DNA of 64,000 bases, taken from positions 18,540,001 to 18,604,000 of the forward strand of contig CM052832.1 of assembly GCA_028534125.1 (NCBI GenBank), given 5' to 3'. Shown here piece by piece: positions 50,576-63,205 of the stretch (position 1 is its first letter; each line of letters begins with the position of its first letter). The notes below the pieces were generated by a model, which was given only the letters and a program-made list of their open reading frames with translations, made no database searches and had not been told where the DNA came from. The stretch is from Lama glama. Lineage: Eukaryota. Position numbers and translations under genes: made by a program.

Positions 50576-51789
50576 AGGCTTTGCCTGTTGAAGTGCCTAG
50601 AGCCTCTGCACTTGATTGGCTCGGAGATAGTATGTAATGCAAGCTAGGCCAATCAGAATATTCCTTCAAACTTTTCTGTTGGAACTACAGAAAAGTTGGC
50701 CCTGCAGTTGTTGTGAAGATGTACATCTGGACTTGCCAAGGGCCATCTTCCTTACATGGTAGAAAGGTTCTGGCTGAGAAATGGAGAAAAGAAAGAGAAT
50801 TGCTGGTGTTTCTTGAGCCACTAATCCCAGTCCACGATCCAGATCTTCCTTTATGATTCTTCTGTGCTCAAGAAAGATTTTGTGGAAGCTAGTTGGAGTC
50901 TGTTTTTGGTCTTACAACCCGAATATTCTGGCTAATACACCGTAATAAATCAACATTATCTCTGTTTTACAAGTGAATTTATATTCTGTTCTGTCACGTA
51001 TTAGCTGGGAGACCTTGAACAATTTAATTATCCTCTCTAAACCCAAATGTCCTGATTTGTAAAATAGGAATAATAATGTACATTCATCCCATGATAAATA
51101 GGATAATTTATGTGTAGCAGGTATGACTATCCATAAATTCAGATGATCAAGAAATAGCACTATATTTTGTATTACTTCATTTTACTCTGAGGCACCATTC
51201 TTCCTGACTAGTTAAAATTTTAATCTCTGGCATTCTTGGATGTTCCTGCCCCTTCCCATCATTGCATTACAACTCCTCTGTGTTTGTGCGCACACACACG
51301 TGCATGCAGAGGGTATCTGTCATTTGGTCTTCATCCCTTTGTCCACTCTATTTGGTCTGCAGGGCTGCTCAGGCCTGCAGGTTCCCAGATCCTTCTTTGC
51401 CATACTTGGGACCCAAGGAGCCTTGATGGGACACGTGACAGCCTCCCTCCAAGATCTTGCTGTTCCTCTGGGAGTGTGCTGTGAAGCTGGGTCCAGTTCA
51501 GCTGCCCTGGGGCCAAATACCTTTCCTTCTTATTCATGCCAGGGGAAAAAAAATTAAGTTGGGGGTGGGAAGCCTAGCTTGCCTCTTGCTTCTCAAGACC
51601 CTCTACTTTCCTCCTTAATCCAGTACCACCTCTACCTTTTCCACAGATTGTGTAAATTCTTCGGTTTTTGGAAAAGAACCCCACCACCACCGTCCCCAGA
51701 CTTGCAGGCCAAGGCTATAAATCTCCCCTGGGGGTACTGGGGAAATAAACAGCTGGTTACCTGCTGATTAAAATTTCCAAATAGTCACC

Positions 51790-52022
51790 TGGCACCACAG
51801 GCATGACAAACCACTTTGGAGCCTGAGGCAAAGATCAGTAATACTGATTTTGTCTTTATTTAACATTTTAGTATTTTTCTCATGATGGAGTTTTGTGTAT
51901 TGATTTTTTTTAAAAAATTGCATTAAAAATAGTATTTGATTATAGAATTATTTTTTACAGTCTCTTAAATTTTTCTCCTGAGGATAGTATCTCACTTGCT
52001 CCCTTCTAGTCCCGGCTCTGGC
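51790..52022 (-). mobile_element. MER96B-like hAT element
   Basis: AAAAATTGCATTAAAAATA...CTTAAATTTT...TCACTTGC...CTAGTCCCGGCTCTG. Confidence 0.6.
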
Positions 52023-52541
52023 TGCCACGGACTAAGTGCTCCACAAACAATCACCGTAATTATCATTTGGGTGAAAGGAAGGAAAGCTTGAAGCTTTGTG
52101 GCAAGCTCACTTGAATCTGGGTCGAGGCGGAAAGGAGAAGCCCCATGCTTGTTACAACAAAAACTTCTTACTATGTACTCTAAGAGGTAAATATTATCTC
52201 TGTTCTGCAAGTGAATGTGTATCCCACCCTGTCACTTACCAGCTGGGAAGCCTTGGGCAATTTAATTACCCTCTCTGAGCCCAAATTTTCTAACTTACAG
52301 AATAGAAATAATGTACCTTCATCACAGCCCTCTTTGACAGAAATCAGTTCCAGCTTCAAGATGGCCAGCTGTTTTCAGCTGCTTCCAGCCCAGAGTAAGG
52401 CCAAGTTACCTCTAGATTCCTTGAAATAAATGCAGACTTTTTGGGGAACCTGGAAGGATTTACTACTCTTTCAAGTTTTGGAATGGGGATCAAGCTTAAA
52501 AGAAAAGTAAATTAAATGCAGGCAGAATGAGTCTGGTGGCT

Positions 52542-53000
52542 GTGTCCGGAAGGGGGAAATTTCCCCCTCTACCCCTCTTAAATTCTTGTGTCTGGGCTAA
52601 CAATAATACTGACCCAAGACAAATTAACAGGAGAAAAAGAAACAAATTTTAATTTATGCACATGGAGGTGTCATAGAAATAGGACCTAAGAAGTGGCCAA
52701 AGCAGGCAGCTTTTATATTTTTTGGACAAGGAAACAATAAATTTGAGGAGAATTGACAGGACAAAGAAACTAAGATTGAGTGCTTAATTATAAGGAATTT
52801 AATCAAAGTCTGGGCTCGGGGTAGTAATTAAAGAAGGAATAAGGTTTCTTTATAGAGACTGCTCACTGGGAATTCCTCCGGAGGTAAGTGTCTTTCTGCC
52901 TTCAGGTGCAGAGAGGGCACCTTCCATATGAAAGATTTATTTCCTGCTTTCAGGGAGACAGGAAGATTAGAGTGTTCCTCTTGCATTGGCTCTTTCCCTT
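52542..53000 (-). mobile_element. ERV1/MER41-like LTR, cut off by the adjacent L1
   Basis: Homologous to 40128-40588 (AAGACAAATTAACAGGAGAAAA, AAGTGGCCAAAGCAGGCAGC, TTTCCTGCTTTCAGGG). Confidence 0.75.
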
Positions 53001-56000
53001 TTTGACTAATTTTATTTTTTAATTGAAGTATAGTTAATTTACAGTGTTTCAGATGAAATCAGTTATACATAAATATATCTGTTTTTCAGATTTTTCATTG
53101 TAGGTTATTATAAGATATTGAATATAGTTCCCTGTGCTATATAGTAGGTCCTTGTTGTTTATTTTTATATACAGTAGTGTGTATATGTTAATATAAATTC
53201 CTAATTTATCCCTTCCCATCTTCCCCCTTTGGTAACCATGAGTTTGTTTTCTATGTCTGTAAGGCTACTTTCGTTTTGTAAATAACTTCATTTGTCATTT
53301 TTTTTAGATTCCACATATAGGTGATATCATATGATATTTGTCTTTATCTGACTGACTTCACTCAGTATGATAATCTCTAGGTCCATCCATGTTGCTGCAA
53401 ATGGCATTTCATAATTATGGCTGAGTAATACTCCATTGTATATATATATACACACTACATCTTCTTTATCCATTCATTTGTCAATGGACATTTAGGTTGC
53501 TTCTATGACTTGGCTATTGTAAATAGTGCTGCTATGAACACTGGGGTGCATGTATCTTTTCAAATTACATTTTTTTCTGGATGTATGACCAGGAGTGGGA
53601 TTGCTGGATATAGTTTTTTAAGGAACTTCCATACTGTTTTCCATAGTGGCTGTACCAATTTACATTCCTGCTAGCAGTGTTAGGAGGGTTCCCTTTTCTC
53701 CATAATTTCTCCAGCATTTATTATTTGTAGACTTTTGGGTGATGGCCATTCTGAGACACGTGAGGTGGTACCTCATTGTGGTTTTGATTTGCATTTCCTA
53801 ATAATTAGTGATGTTCAACTTCTTTTCATGTGCCTGTTGGCCGTCTGTGTCTTCTTTGGAGAAATGTTTATTTAGAACTTCTGCCCATTTTTTGTTTGGG
53901 TTGTTTGGTTTTTTGATATTGAGCTATATGAGTTGTTTGTGTATTTTGGAAATTAATCCCATGTTAGTCACACCATTTGCAAATATTTTCTCCTATTCTT
54001 TAGATTATATTTTCATTTTGTTTGTGGTTTCCCTTGCCGTAAAAAAGCTTTTAAATTTAATTAGGTCCCATTTGTTTCTTTTTGCTGTTGTCATTACACT
54101 AGATTGAAAAATATTGCTGTGATTTATGTCAGAGTATCCTGCCTATGTTTTCCTCTAGGAGTTTTATAGTATGCAGTCTTACATTTAGTTCTATAATCCA
54201 TTTTGGGTTTATTTTTGTATATGTTTATGGTGTTAGAAAATGTTCTAATTTTATTATTTTACATGTAGCTGTTCAGTTTTCCCATAATCACTGATTGAAG
54301 AGACTGTCTTTTCTCCATTGTCTATTCTTGCCTCTTTTGTCATAGATTAATTGACTGTAAATATATAGGTTTATTTCTGAGCTTTCCATCCTGTAATTTA
54401 ATGTAGATTGCCTTGGGTAATATGGTCATTTTAACAGTATTGTCTTCCAGTCCAAGAGCACAGTATATCTTTCCTTCCATGTTGTCTTCAATTTCTTTCA
54501 TCAGCATCTTAAAGTTTTTGGAGTACACGTCTTTTGCCTCCTTAGGTAGGTTTATTCTTAGGTATTTTATTCTTTTTGATGTGATGGTAAATGGGATTGT
54601 TTCCTTAATCTTTCTGTTATTTTGTTGTTAGTGTGTAGTACATGTATTTCTATAAATGCAACAGATTTATGTATATTAATTTTGTATCCTGCAGTTTTAC
54701 GGAATTCATTGATGAGCTCTAGTAGTTTTCTGGTAGCACCCTTAGGATTTTCTATTTGTAGTATCATGTCATCTACAAACTGTGGCAGTTTTACTTCTTC
54801 TTTTCTAAATTGGATGCCTTTTATTTCCTTTTCTTCTCTGACTGCTGTGGCTAGAACTTGCAAAACTATGTTGATTAAAAGTGTCAAGAGTGGGCATCTT
54901 TGTCTTGTTCCTGACCTTAGAGGTAATGCTTTCAGTTTTCCACTGAGTATGATGTTAGCTGTGGGTTTGTCATATATGGCCTTTATGTTGAAATGTGTTC
55001 CCTTTATGCCCACTTTCTGGAGAGTTTTTATTATAAATGGATGTTGAATTTTACCAAAAGCTTTTTATGCATCTATTGAGATAATCATATGGTTTTTGTT
55101 CTTCAACTTGTTAATGTGGTGTATCACATTGATTTGCAGATATTGAAAAATCCTTGCATCCCTGGGATAAACCCCACTTGATCATGGTGTGTGATTCTTT
55201 TAACGTAATGTTGGAGCTGATTTGCTATAATTTTGTTGAGGATTTTTGTATATATGTTCATCAGTGATATTGGCCTGTAAACTACTTTTTTGTGATATTT
55301 TTATCTTGTTTTGATATCAGGGTGATGGCCTCATAAAATGAGTTCACAAGTGTTCCTTCCTCTGCAGTTTTTTGGAATAGTTTCAGAAGGATAGGTATTA
55401 ATTCTTATCTAAATGTTCAGTACAATTCACCTATGAAGCCATCTGATCCTGGACTTTTGTTGGGAAATTTTTAATTATGGGTTCAATTTCAGTGCTGGTA
55501 ATTGGTGTGTTCATATTTTCTATTTCTCCCTGGTTTGCTCTGGAGAGATTGTGCCTTTCTAAGAATTTATTCATTTCTTCTAGGTTGTCCATTTTATTGG
55601 TGTATAGTTGCTTGTAGTAGTCTCTTATGATCATTTGTATTTCTGTGGTGTTAGTTGTAACTTCTTTTTCATTTCTGATTTTATTGATTTGGGCCCCCTC
55701 CCTTTTTTTCTTGATGAATTTGGCTAAATTTTGTTTAGCTTTTCAAAGAACCAGCTTTTAATTTCATTAATCTTTTCTGAGTTTTTAGTCTCTGTTTCAT
55801 GTATTTCTCCTCTAGTCTTTATGATTTCTTTCCTTCTACTAACTTTGACTTTTGTTTGTTCTTCTTTAGTTGCTTTAGGAATAAGGTTAACTTGTTGTTT
55901 TTGAGATTTTTCTTATTTTTTGAGGTAAGCTTGTATCACTGTAAACTTTCCTTTTAGAACTGCTTTTGCTGCATCTCATAAGTTTTGGATCATTGTGCTT

Positions 56001-56814
56001 TCATTTTAATTTGTCTTTAGATTTTTTTTTAATTTCCTCTTTTATTTCTTCAGTGAACCATTGGTGGTTTAGTAGCGTACTGTTTAGCCTCCACATGTTT
56101 TGTGTTTTTTTGCAGTTTTTTCCTTGTAGTTGATTTCTAGTCTCATAGTGTTGTGGTTGGAAAAGATGCTTTATATGACTTCAGTTTTCTTAAATTTACT
56201 GAGGTTTGTTTTGTGGTCTAGCATGTGATCTATCCTGGAGAAAGTTCCATGTGCACTTGAAAAGAATGTGTATTCTGCTTCGGGTGGAATGCTCTATAAA
56301 TATCAATTAAGTCCAGTTGATCTCATGTGTTATTTAAGGCCTCTGTGTCTATTGATTTTCTGTTTGGATGATCTGTCCATTGATGTAAGTAGGGTATTAA
56401 AGTTCCTACTGTTATTGTATTACTTTCAATTACTCCTTTTATGTGTGTTAATATTTGCTCTATATATTGAGTGCTTCTGTATTTGGTGGATATATATTTA
56501 CAATTGTTATGTCTTCTTCTTAGACTGATCCCTTGATCATTATGTAGTGCCTTTCTGAGTGTCCTTCTTTGTCTCTTGTAACAGTCTTTATTTTAAAGTC
56601 CATTTTGTCTGATATAAGTATTCTACTTCAGCTTTCTTTTGATTTCTATTTTCATGGAATAACTTTTCCATCCCCTCACCTTCAGTCTATATGTGTCTCT
56701 AGATCTGAATCTCTTGTAGGCAGCAAATATATGGGTCTTGTTTTTGTATTCATTCAGCCAGTCTGTATCTTTTGGTTGGAGCATTCAGTCCATTTACACT
56801 TAAAGTAATTATCA

Positions 56815-56925
56815 AATGAAAACAAACATATGTATGTATATATGTATGACTGAACTATTATTTCTGGCTGTACACCAGAAATTGACACAACATTGTGAAC
56901 TGACTATACTTTAATAAAAAAAAGA
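56815..56925 (+). mobile_element. Short younger L1 3'-tail insertion in the opposite orientation inside the large L1
   Basis: TATGTATGACTGAACTATTA...GCTGTACACCAGAAATTGACACAACATTGTGAACTGACTATACTTTAATAAAAAAAA. Confidence 0.75.
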
Positions 56926-56949
56926 TACTTGGTGAAAATACATATCAAT

Positions 56950-56952
56950 AAT

Positions 56953-56983
<31 letters not shown>

Positions 56984-56984
56984 T
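56950..56984 (+). repeat. (ATTT)n microsatellite
   Basis: Directly visible. Confidence 0.9.
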
Positions 56985-57909
56985 TGCCATTTTGTGAATT
57001 GTTTTGATTTGTTTTTGTAGGTCTTTTTGTTCCTTTCTTTTGTTCTCTTCTCTTGTGATCTGATGGCTGTTTTAGTGTTATATTTGGATTCCTTTGTCTT
57101 TTTTGTGTGTATATGTATTACAGATTTTTGGTTTGTATTTACCTTGAAGGTTTTGTATAGCAGTCTAGAGAGAGAGAGAGAGTCCCCCATAGATATATGA
57201 TTGTTTTAATTTGCTGACTTCTTAGTTTTAAATGCTTTAATTTGCTGATCTCTTAATTTCAAATGCATTTTCAGTACCTGCATTTGTACTCTATTTTTGA
57301 TACCATATTTTACATGTAATTGTTTCGTGTATCCCTTAACTGCTTACTTGTGTATCCCTTAACTGCTTATTGTAAATATAGATGATTTTACTACTTTTTT
57401 CTTTTAACTCACCTAGTAGCTTTGTCTCTGGTTGATTTTCTACCTTTACTGTATGTTTGCCTTTACTGGTGAGCTTTTTCATTTATAATTTTCTTTTTTC
57501 TAGTTGTGGCCTTTTCTTTTTCATCTAGAGGAATTCCTTTAACATTTGTTGTAAAGCTTATTTGGTGGTGCTGAATTCTTTTAGCTTTTGTTTGTAAAGG
57601 TTTTAATTTCTTCATCAAATCTGAAGGAGAACCTTGCTGGGTAGAATACTCTTGGTTGTAGGTTTTACCCTTTTATCACTTTAAATATATCATGCCACTC
57701 CTTTCTGGCCTGCAGAGTTTCTGCTGAAAAATCAACTGATAGCCTATGGGAGTTCCCTTACATGTTATTTGTTGCTTTTCCCTTGCTGTTTTTAGTATTC
57801 TCTCTTTATCTTTAATTTTTGTTATTTTCATTACACTGTGTCTTGTGGTATTCCTCCTTGGGTTAATCTTTTGTGGGACTCTGTGTACTTCCTGGACTTG
57901 GATGACTAT

Positions 57910-58288
57910 ATGGATATTTTAACAGAAGTAATTCTCCCAAACTATGAACATGGGATAGCTTTCCATTTATTTGTGCCTTCTTCAGTTTAATCAAAGTCTT
58001 ATAGTTTTCAGTGCACAGATCTTTCACTTCTTTGATTAAATTTATTCCTAAGTATTTTATTATTTTTGATGCTATTGTAAATGGGATGATTTTCTTGATT
58101 TCTTTTTCAGACGTTTTGTTGTTCGTATATAAAAATGCTATATATTATAGTGTTCTGAATGTTGATTTTGTATACTGCAACTTTACTGAATTCATTCATT
58201 AGTACTAACAGTCTTTTGGTGGAGTCTTAGGGTTTTCTTTGTACAAGATTACATCATCAGCAAACAGAGACAATTGTACTTCTTCCTG
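57910..58288 (-). mobile_element. Separate L1 ORF2 fragment
   Basis: TTGATTAAATTTATTCCTAAGTATTTT, CATCATCAGCAAACAGAGACAATT. Confidence 0.8.
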
Positions 58289-58482
58289 TTTTGAAATGAA
58301 CGAACAAACATCTTTGGCATGGAGCACAGCTCTCAGGGTGCCATCACGCTATTCCCTAACCCATTAAATGTATACAGCAGGGGCTCTGATAAGAGACTTC
58401 TGCCTTCTGTCTGCCCTCCTTGGGCACTCTGTTCCCTTTGGTTCTCCAGCAGAAGCCTAAGGCCTGTTAGCTTCCTTTGCCA

Positions 58483-58827
58483 TTGCTGTAGTCCAAAATT
58501 CACATGTTAAAGCTTAATCTCTAACACATTGGTGTTTGGAGATGGAGCCTTTGGGAGGTAATTAGGTCATAGGGTAGAGTCCTTGTACATGAGATTAGTG
58601 CCCTTATAAAAGAGACTACAGAAAGCTTCATTGCTCCTTCCACCATTGGAGAACACAGGAATAGACCTCTGTCTATGAATCAAGAAGCAGGTTTTCACCA
58701 GACATTGAATCTACTAGGGCCTTGATCTTGGACACACCAGCCTCTAGACCTGTGAGAACTAAATGTTTGTTGTTTAACCACCCAGTCAATGATATTTTTG
58801 TTATAGTAGCCAGAATGCCTGCAACAC
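58483..58827 (+). mobile_element. MLT1A-type MaLR LTR
   Basis: CCAAAATTCACATGTT...GCCTTTGGGAGGTAATTAGGTCAT...GATTAGTGCCCTTATAAAAGAGAC...CCTTGATCTTGGAC...TTTTGTTATAGTAGCC. Confidence 0.85.
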
Positions 58828-59349
58828 TATCAATGAACACACTAGCCCTTATATTATAAGGATATGAGGCTCAAACTTAATAAGAATCTTTTTGAGTGAA
58901 CTGACACGTTCACCACCTTCTTTCCATTCAAAGATCTCTACCATCACTTTCTTTGGATGCTAGAAAAGGTCTTTGCCAACCTAAGGTTACAATTGAGCAG
59001 GAAGCCTGGAAGCTTCTGATAGAATCTCAGCCATATGTCGTGGTGAAAAGCTTGCTGGTGCTCAAGGCAAGTAGCTGCTCAGATAAATCTGAACAAATTA
59101 CCCTTAAAAGAATAAAAGTTCCCTTCCGCACCCACCTACACCTCAGTCATCTCCAGACAGACAGGGAGGAGAATTTATAAGAATAGCTAAGAATTCATAC
59201 AACTATGGCTGGATTAGTAACCTCAAAGTGTTCTCTTCATGTAGCTAAAGGGAGAGTCATGAGTTAAATGGATAATAGGTCAGCTTTGGATCCAGTTTTT
59301 ATTTTAGGCAGTTTCAGGAAGGGCTCTATTTAGAAACAGAAGATTAATC

Positions 59350-59632
59350 TTGGAACCTCATACATTGCTCCTGGGAACATACAATGGCACAACCATATGG
59401 AAACTACTTTGGCAGATCTTCAAAAAGATAAACACAGAATTACCATGTGAGGCAGCAGTTCCATTCTTAGCTATACATACGAAAGAACTGAAAGCAAGAA
59501 TTCAGATACTTGTGCACCAATGCTTATTACACCATTATTCACAATAGCCAAAAGGTAGAAACAAGGCAAGCGTCCATCAACAGGTGAATGGATAAACAAA
59601 GTGTGGAGTAACCATACAAACGAATATTACTT
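59350..59632 (+). mobile_element. L1M ORF2 C-terminal fragment
   Basis: ORF 59350-59547 (EPHTLLLG...INTELPCEAAVPFLAI). Confidence 0.8.
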
Positions 59633-60515
59633 AACGAATTACTTAAGGTGTGGAAAGCACCTAGAAGTTCTTGGCACACAGAAAGCACTTGGTAAATAGT
59701 AATTATTGATATTAGTTACCTGTATGTTGGGGATAAGGGACACCTGGGGGAAAAGGAACCAGGTTAGGACCAGTGTATGCCAGGGAGGGGAATCTCTGAA
59801 TGGTAGAATTTCTTGAATAATGTACAGCTCTAACTGAACCATGCTACACTACTGTTTTTTCTGAATTACCTATAACATTTCATTAAACTTGAAGTTCCTT
59901 CACAGTTTGGTATTAGGTAGGGATGTTATGGAAAATAAAGTGTAAGGAGAATAAAGGAATCAATCTCTCTGCTTCTGCCCCGGGAGAAAGCAGTCCCCTC
60001 TCTGGGGGACTGAGTCAGGGTTCCGGGAGTAACGGGAGGAGGGTCTGGTCCATGTGGAAGCCCTCAGGCTGCAGAGAGGCCCACGATGCTCACAGGCATG
60101 GGAGAAGGCCTCAGTGGTCCCAGATTCACTAGAGGAAACTTTGGAAGGGGGCGGGCTGGAGCGGATAATAGATACTTGGGTTACCTGGGAAACATTTTCT
60201 CCATATTTCTTCTGTATTCCCACCTACTGGCCAAGTGAGTTCACAAAGAACTTAAAGCAAAATGCAGCCCAGGACAAGTGTTCCGGTCTTCTCCATGCGA
60301 TGAAATAAACGTGATTATTGGCTAACTCATCTGGGCACCTGACAACTACAGTAGAAGGATTGGTGATGTGATTCCATCAGGATCTCACCTTTCTCTCTCC
60401 TCCTTCTCCCACCCCAAGTTAGAGAAGTATTTTGTCCATCAAACCAGCAGGTAGAACACTCTAAAGATCACAACACAAAAACAAGCACCAGTGCATCTTT
60501 GTGTCCAGCTACAGG

Positions 60516-60521
60516 TTTATT
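60516..60521 (-). terminator. SCGN: SCGN polyadenylation signal AATAAA
   Basis: AATAAA on the minus strand about 400 nt after the stop, followed by a GU-rich downstream element (GTGCTTGTTTTTGTGTGTTGTG, about 60488-60467). Confidence 0.75.
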
Positions 60522-60923
60522 TTCACTTGAAAATCTATTTGTAGAAGTTACAAAGCTGCCACAGATGCCACACACCTTTCAGCAGAAAAGCCCACAAAAA
60601 AAGCTCAGTTGGACGCACTCAGCTGGTAACTAGGGGAAGACAAGCCAAACAGATCCTGGAGGTCAGCTGAGTCTTTGGAGGGCAGGAAAGCCCAGGGTCA
60701 AGGGAACACTAACACAGATGCTGCGTGGGGGGCTTCCAGTAAAGGCAGGAAAATACCATACCATTAAAAAGAAGGCCCTCAAGTCCCAGGTCCACTGGCC
60801 CAAGAATACCACACCATTTGTTAGAAAGTTTGCCTACTGTGTCCCCAATAGTGAAGCATAGATACAGTTTACCAGCAGAAGCTCAGAAACAGGCTAAGAG
60901 CAAAAGGCAAAGCAGTCTGGGGA

Positions 60924-61052
60924 TTATGGGTTGAGTTTCAGCCCAAGACACAAAGCCAGCTCAGACTTCTGAATTTTTCCATCCTTGTTCACATCGCAGT
61001 GACGCAAAAGAATCTCCCGGAACTTATCAAGGTCCACCCCGCTGATGCTGGG
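60924..61052 (-). CDS. SCGN: Secretagogin last coding exon: [42 protein letters not shown]
   Basis: tttttgttgtcctcAG acceptor; EF-hand loop [15 protein letters not shown] at 60926-60924. Matches the secretagogin C-terminus. Upstream exons lie beyond the window. Confidence 0.95.
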   Translation of the reverse strand, partial: PSISGVDLDKFREILLRHCDVNKDGKIQKSELALCLGLKLNP

Positions 61053-61624
61053 CTGAGGACAACAAAAACATGTCAGTAGGCAAGCCATCCTTTAATGCCA
61101 CTCTCCCTCCCCTCTGTGATTGCTCAGTGTAGGGGACACCCTGCCTTCTGAGAGAGCCTCCTTGGAGACATACCATGGGGAAGTGATTATCTCCTCATCC
61201 ACATGTTGCCAAGGATAAGTTTTCTGCCAACAAGTTCATTTCTCAGCATGTCCCTTCAGGCAAAAGAATTTCTATTCCCATGTCACTTCTCTGCAGTTCT
61301 AACAGAAAGCCTATCTTTTTTGCAACCATAATAAAGATATTTCGCCTTCGAGCAGAGGATCATCACCCAAATTCTGTCTTGTACACTGATGAGAGAAGGC
61401 ACATATGTTATCTCCCTGTGGGAGGTTTCTGTGCCTCTTGTTTTAAAAGGCTTACAGTGAATGAAAGTCTAACTAAAGCATTATGTTCTTGAGCTGAGGA
61501 CTTCAGATTTATTCCAAGGAATATTTCAGGGAATAAGAAGGAATTGTGATGCGTGTCAGCTAGGAAAATATTCTAAACTCAAAGGCTTGCAAAAGTGAGC
61601 AATGTTGGGACTAAGTGATTCTCC

Positions 61625-61790
61625 ATAGGTTATTTTATTTAATCCTCACAATGACTTTGGGAGGTAAATGATTAAGCCTTGTTTACAGATTAGGACACCT
61701 AGGCTTGGAGAGAGCTGAAACATCTTGCCAAGCTAGAATGTTGCAAGAGCATTGTGGATCCCAAGTCTTCTGTCTTTAATTGGGCGCTCA
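61625..61790 (-). mobile_element. MIR SINE
   Basis: TTTAATCCTCACAATGACTTTGGGAGGTA...TTTACAGATTAGGACAC. Confidence 0.7.
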
Positions 61791-63039
61791 TTTCACCAGC
61801 TCACACTGGTCTCATGGAGAAACGGCTAGCCTAATGAAGCTGTATGAATGGTGATGAATCTAAATTTAAAAGTCAGTGTCCAGAGAGGAAGGAAAACCCA
61901 ACTAACCAGATTTCCAAACCCCTTGATTAGTGGACTAGTCATGAGTGAGCAGTGGAAGCAGCTGTCTCCACGGTTTGATTTCAGGAGCTCATGGAAGCAT
62001 TCCCCATCACCCCACCCACCCCAAGGTTTCCTCACTTCAAAAGACAGCTCTAGAAAACCTGCAATAGGAAACAGAACCTTTCATTCTTCAACTCTTCAGC
62101 CATATTGAGACGCTAATTTGCACTGTCCCACAGGTTAAATGACTGACACCAGATCTACCCCTGATAGTGGGTTTTCACAGAGGGAAGGAGGGAAGAGAAC
62201 AGCAGGAACTGGGGGCCAGATTTCAGAGCAAGAATAAATACTAAAGTGGGGTAGAATTCTGGGAGATAGCAGGAGATGAAAGAGTCTGCGGCCAGAAGCT
62301 AAACTTGGCCAACTTCACTCTGTCAAAATCCCTGAGTGATTGGACCAAGAGACTAAGATGAAACATATAGTCAGTAGTTCTCTTTGTTGGAGTGCAAGAG
62401 GATAGCTCCCTGGGTGTCAATACCAAGCAAGGTATAGATGTGGCCGAAGGAAATGTGGCCTAGAGGTCCTGAAAGCAGCAAGCTATACTCTGTGGCTCTA
62501 TGTTAGAAACTCCTTTGTTGTGCAGTTACAAAATGGGGAGGTTTGATTTTCAGTATCCCTAACCACTTTTGCTACATCCTTTTTCAAGTGGCACCCTGCC
62601 TTAGGATCCTTTTAGCAAATGCCCACTCTTAGCAAAGATTCAGATGGTAGTCACTTACACATTAGCATAAATTAATTTGCCAGTGTATTTACCTCATTCA
62701 AGCTATTCTAAGCTTTTTTTCTCTAATTTGTTTTCTGAAAGGAATTATTTCCTTTAAATGAGTAGATATATTTTTGATTGTGTGGATATGTTAGGAAGGC
62801 AGTATGAATGTGGGTGTATGTAAAGGAAGTTTCTTTGGACCTTTTATGTTAATGCTCAACAACTCACTAGGAGTCAGGAGAACTATGTGACTGTTCAAAA
62901 TGCTTGGACTACAGAAGACAAAGCATCTGAAACCACCAAGGGCCTCTGATTTATTAACAAGTTGCCAATATAAATGCATGCAGATTCCTGATCTAAGACC
63001 TCTACACATGTTAGTTCTAATCACACTGTTCTAGTAGAA

Positions 63040-63205
63040 CAACACTATGAGATATCGACTATCATCTTTAACTTACAGATGAGGACACTAAAGCACAGAG
63101 AGGTCAATTAACCTTCCAGTGTCACATAGCTGATACATGTCAGAACCAAGATACAATGCAGGCAGGCAAGCCCTAGAGCACACCTCTTTATCACTACACT
63201 ATATC
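63040..63205 (-). mobile_element. MIR SINE
   Basis: TTACAGATGAGGACACTAAAGCACAGAGAGGTCAATTAACCTTCCAGTGTCACATAGC. Confidence 0.8.

Larger units (their letters stand above)
53010..57905 (-). mobile_element. Near full-length degenerate L1 (3' UTR, ORF2, part of ORF1)
   Basis: ORF 54567-55013 encodes RT-domain peptide ([13 protein letters not shown]...[10 protein letters not shown]...FVDDMIL). ORF 55431-55634 (IIRDYYKQLYTNKMDNLEEM). ORF1 remnants at about 57500-57900. Confidence 0.93.

Noticed and set aside
54567..55013. Reverse-transcriptase-like ORF
   Set aside because: Fragment of a degenerate L1 ORF2 with an altered catalytic motif (FVDD) and flanking frameshifts; not a host gene or an active element.
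57327..57369. Short tandem duplications (also about 43973-44012 and 57205-57265)
   Set aside because: Two-copy local slippage duplications with no spacer or array structure.
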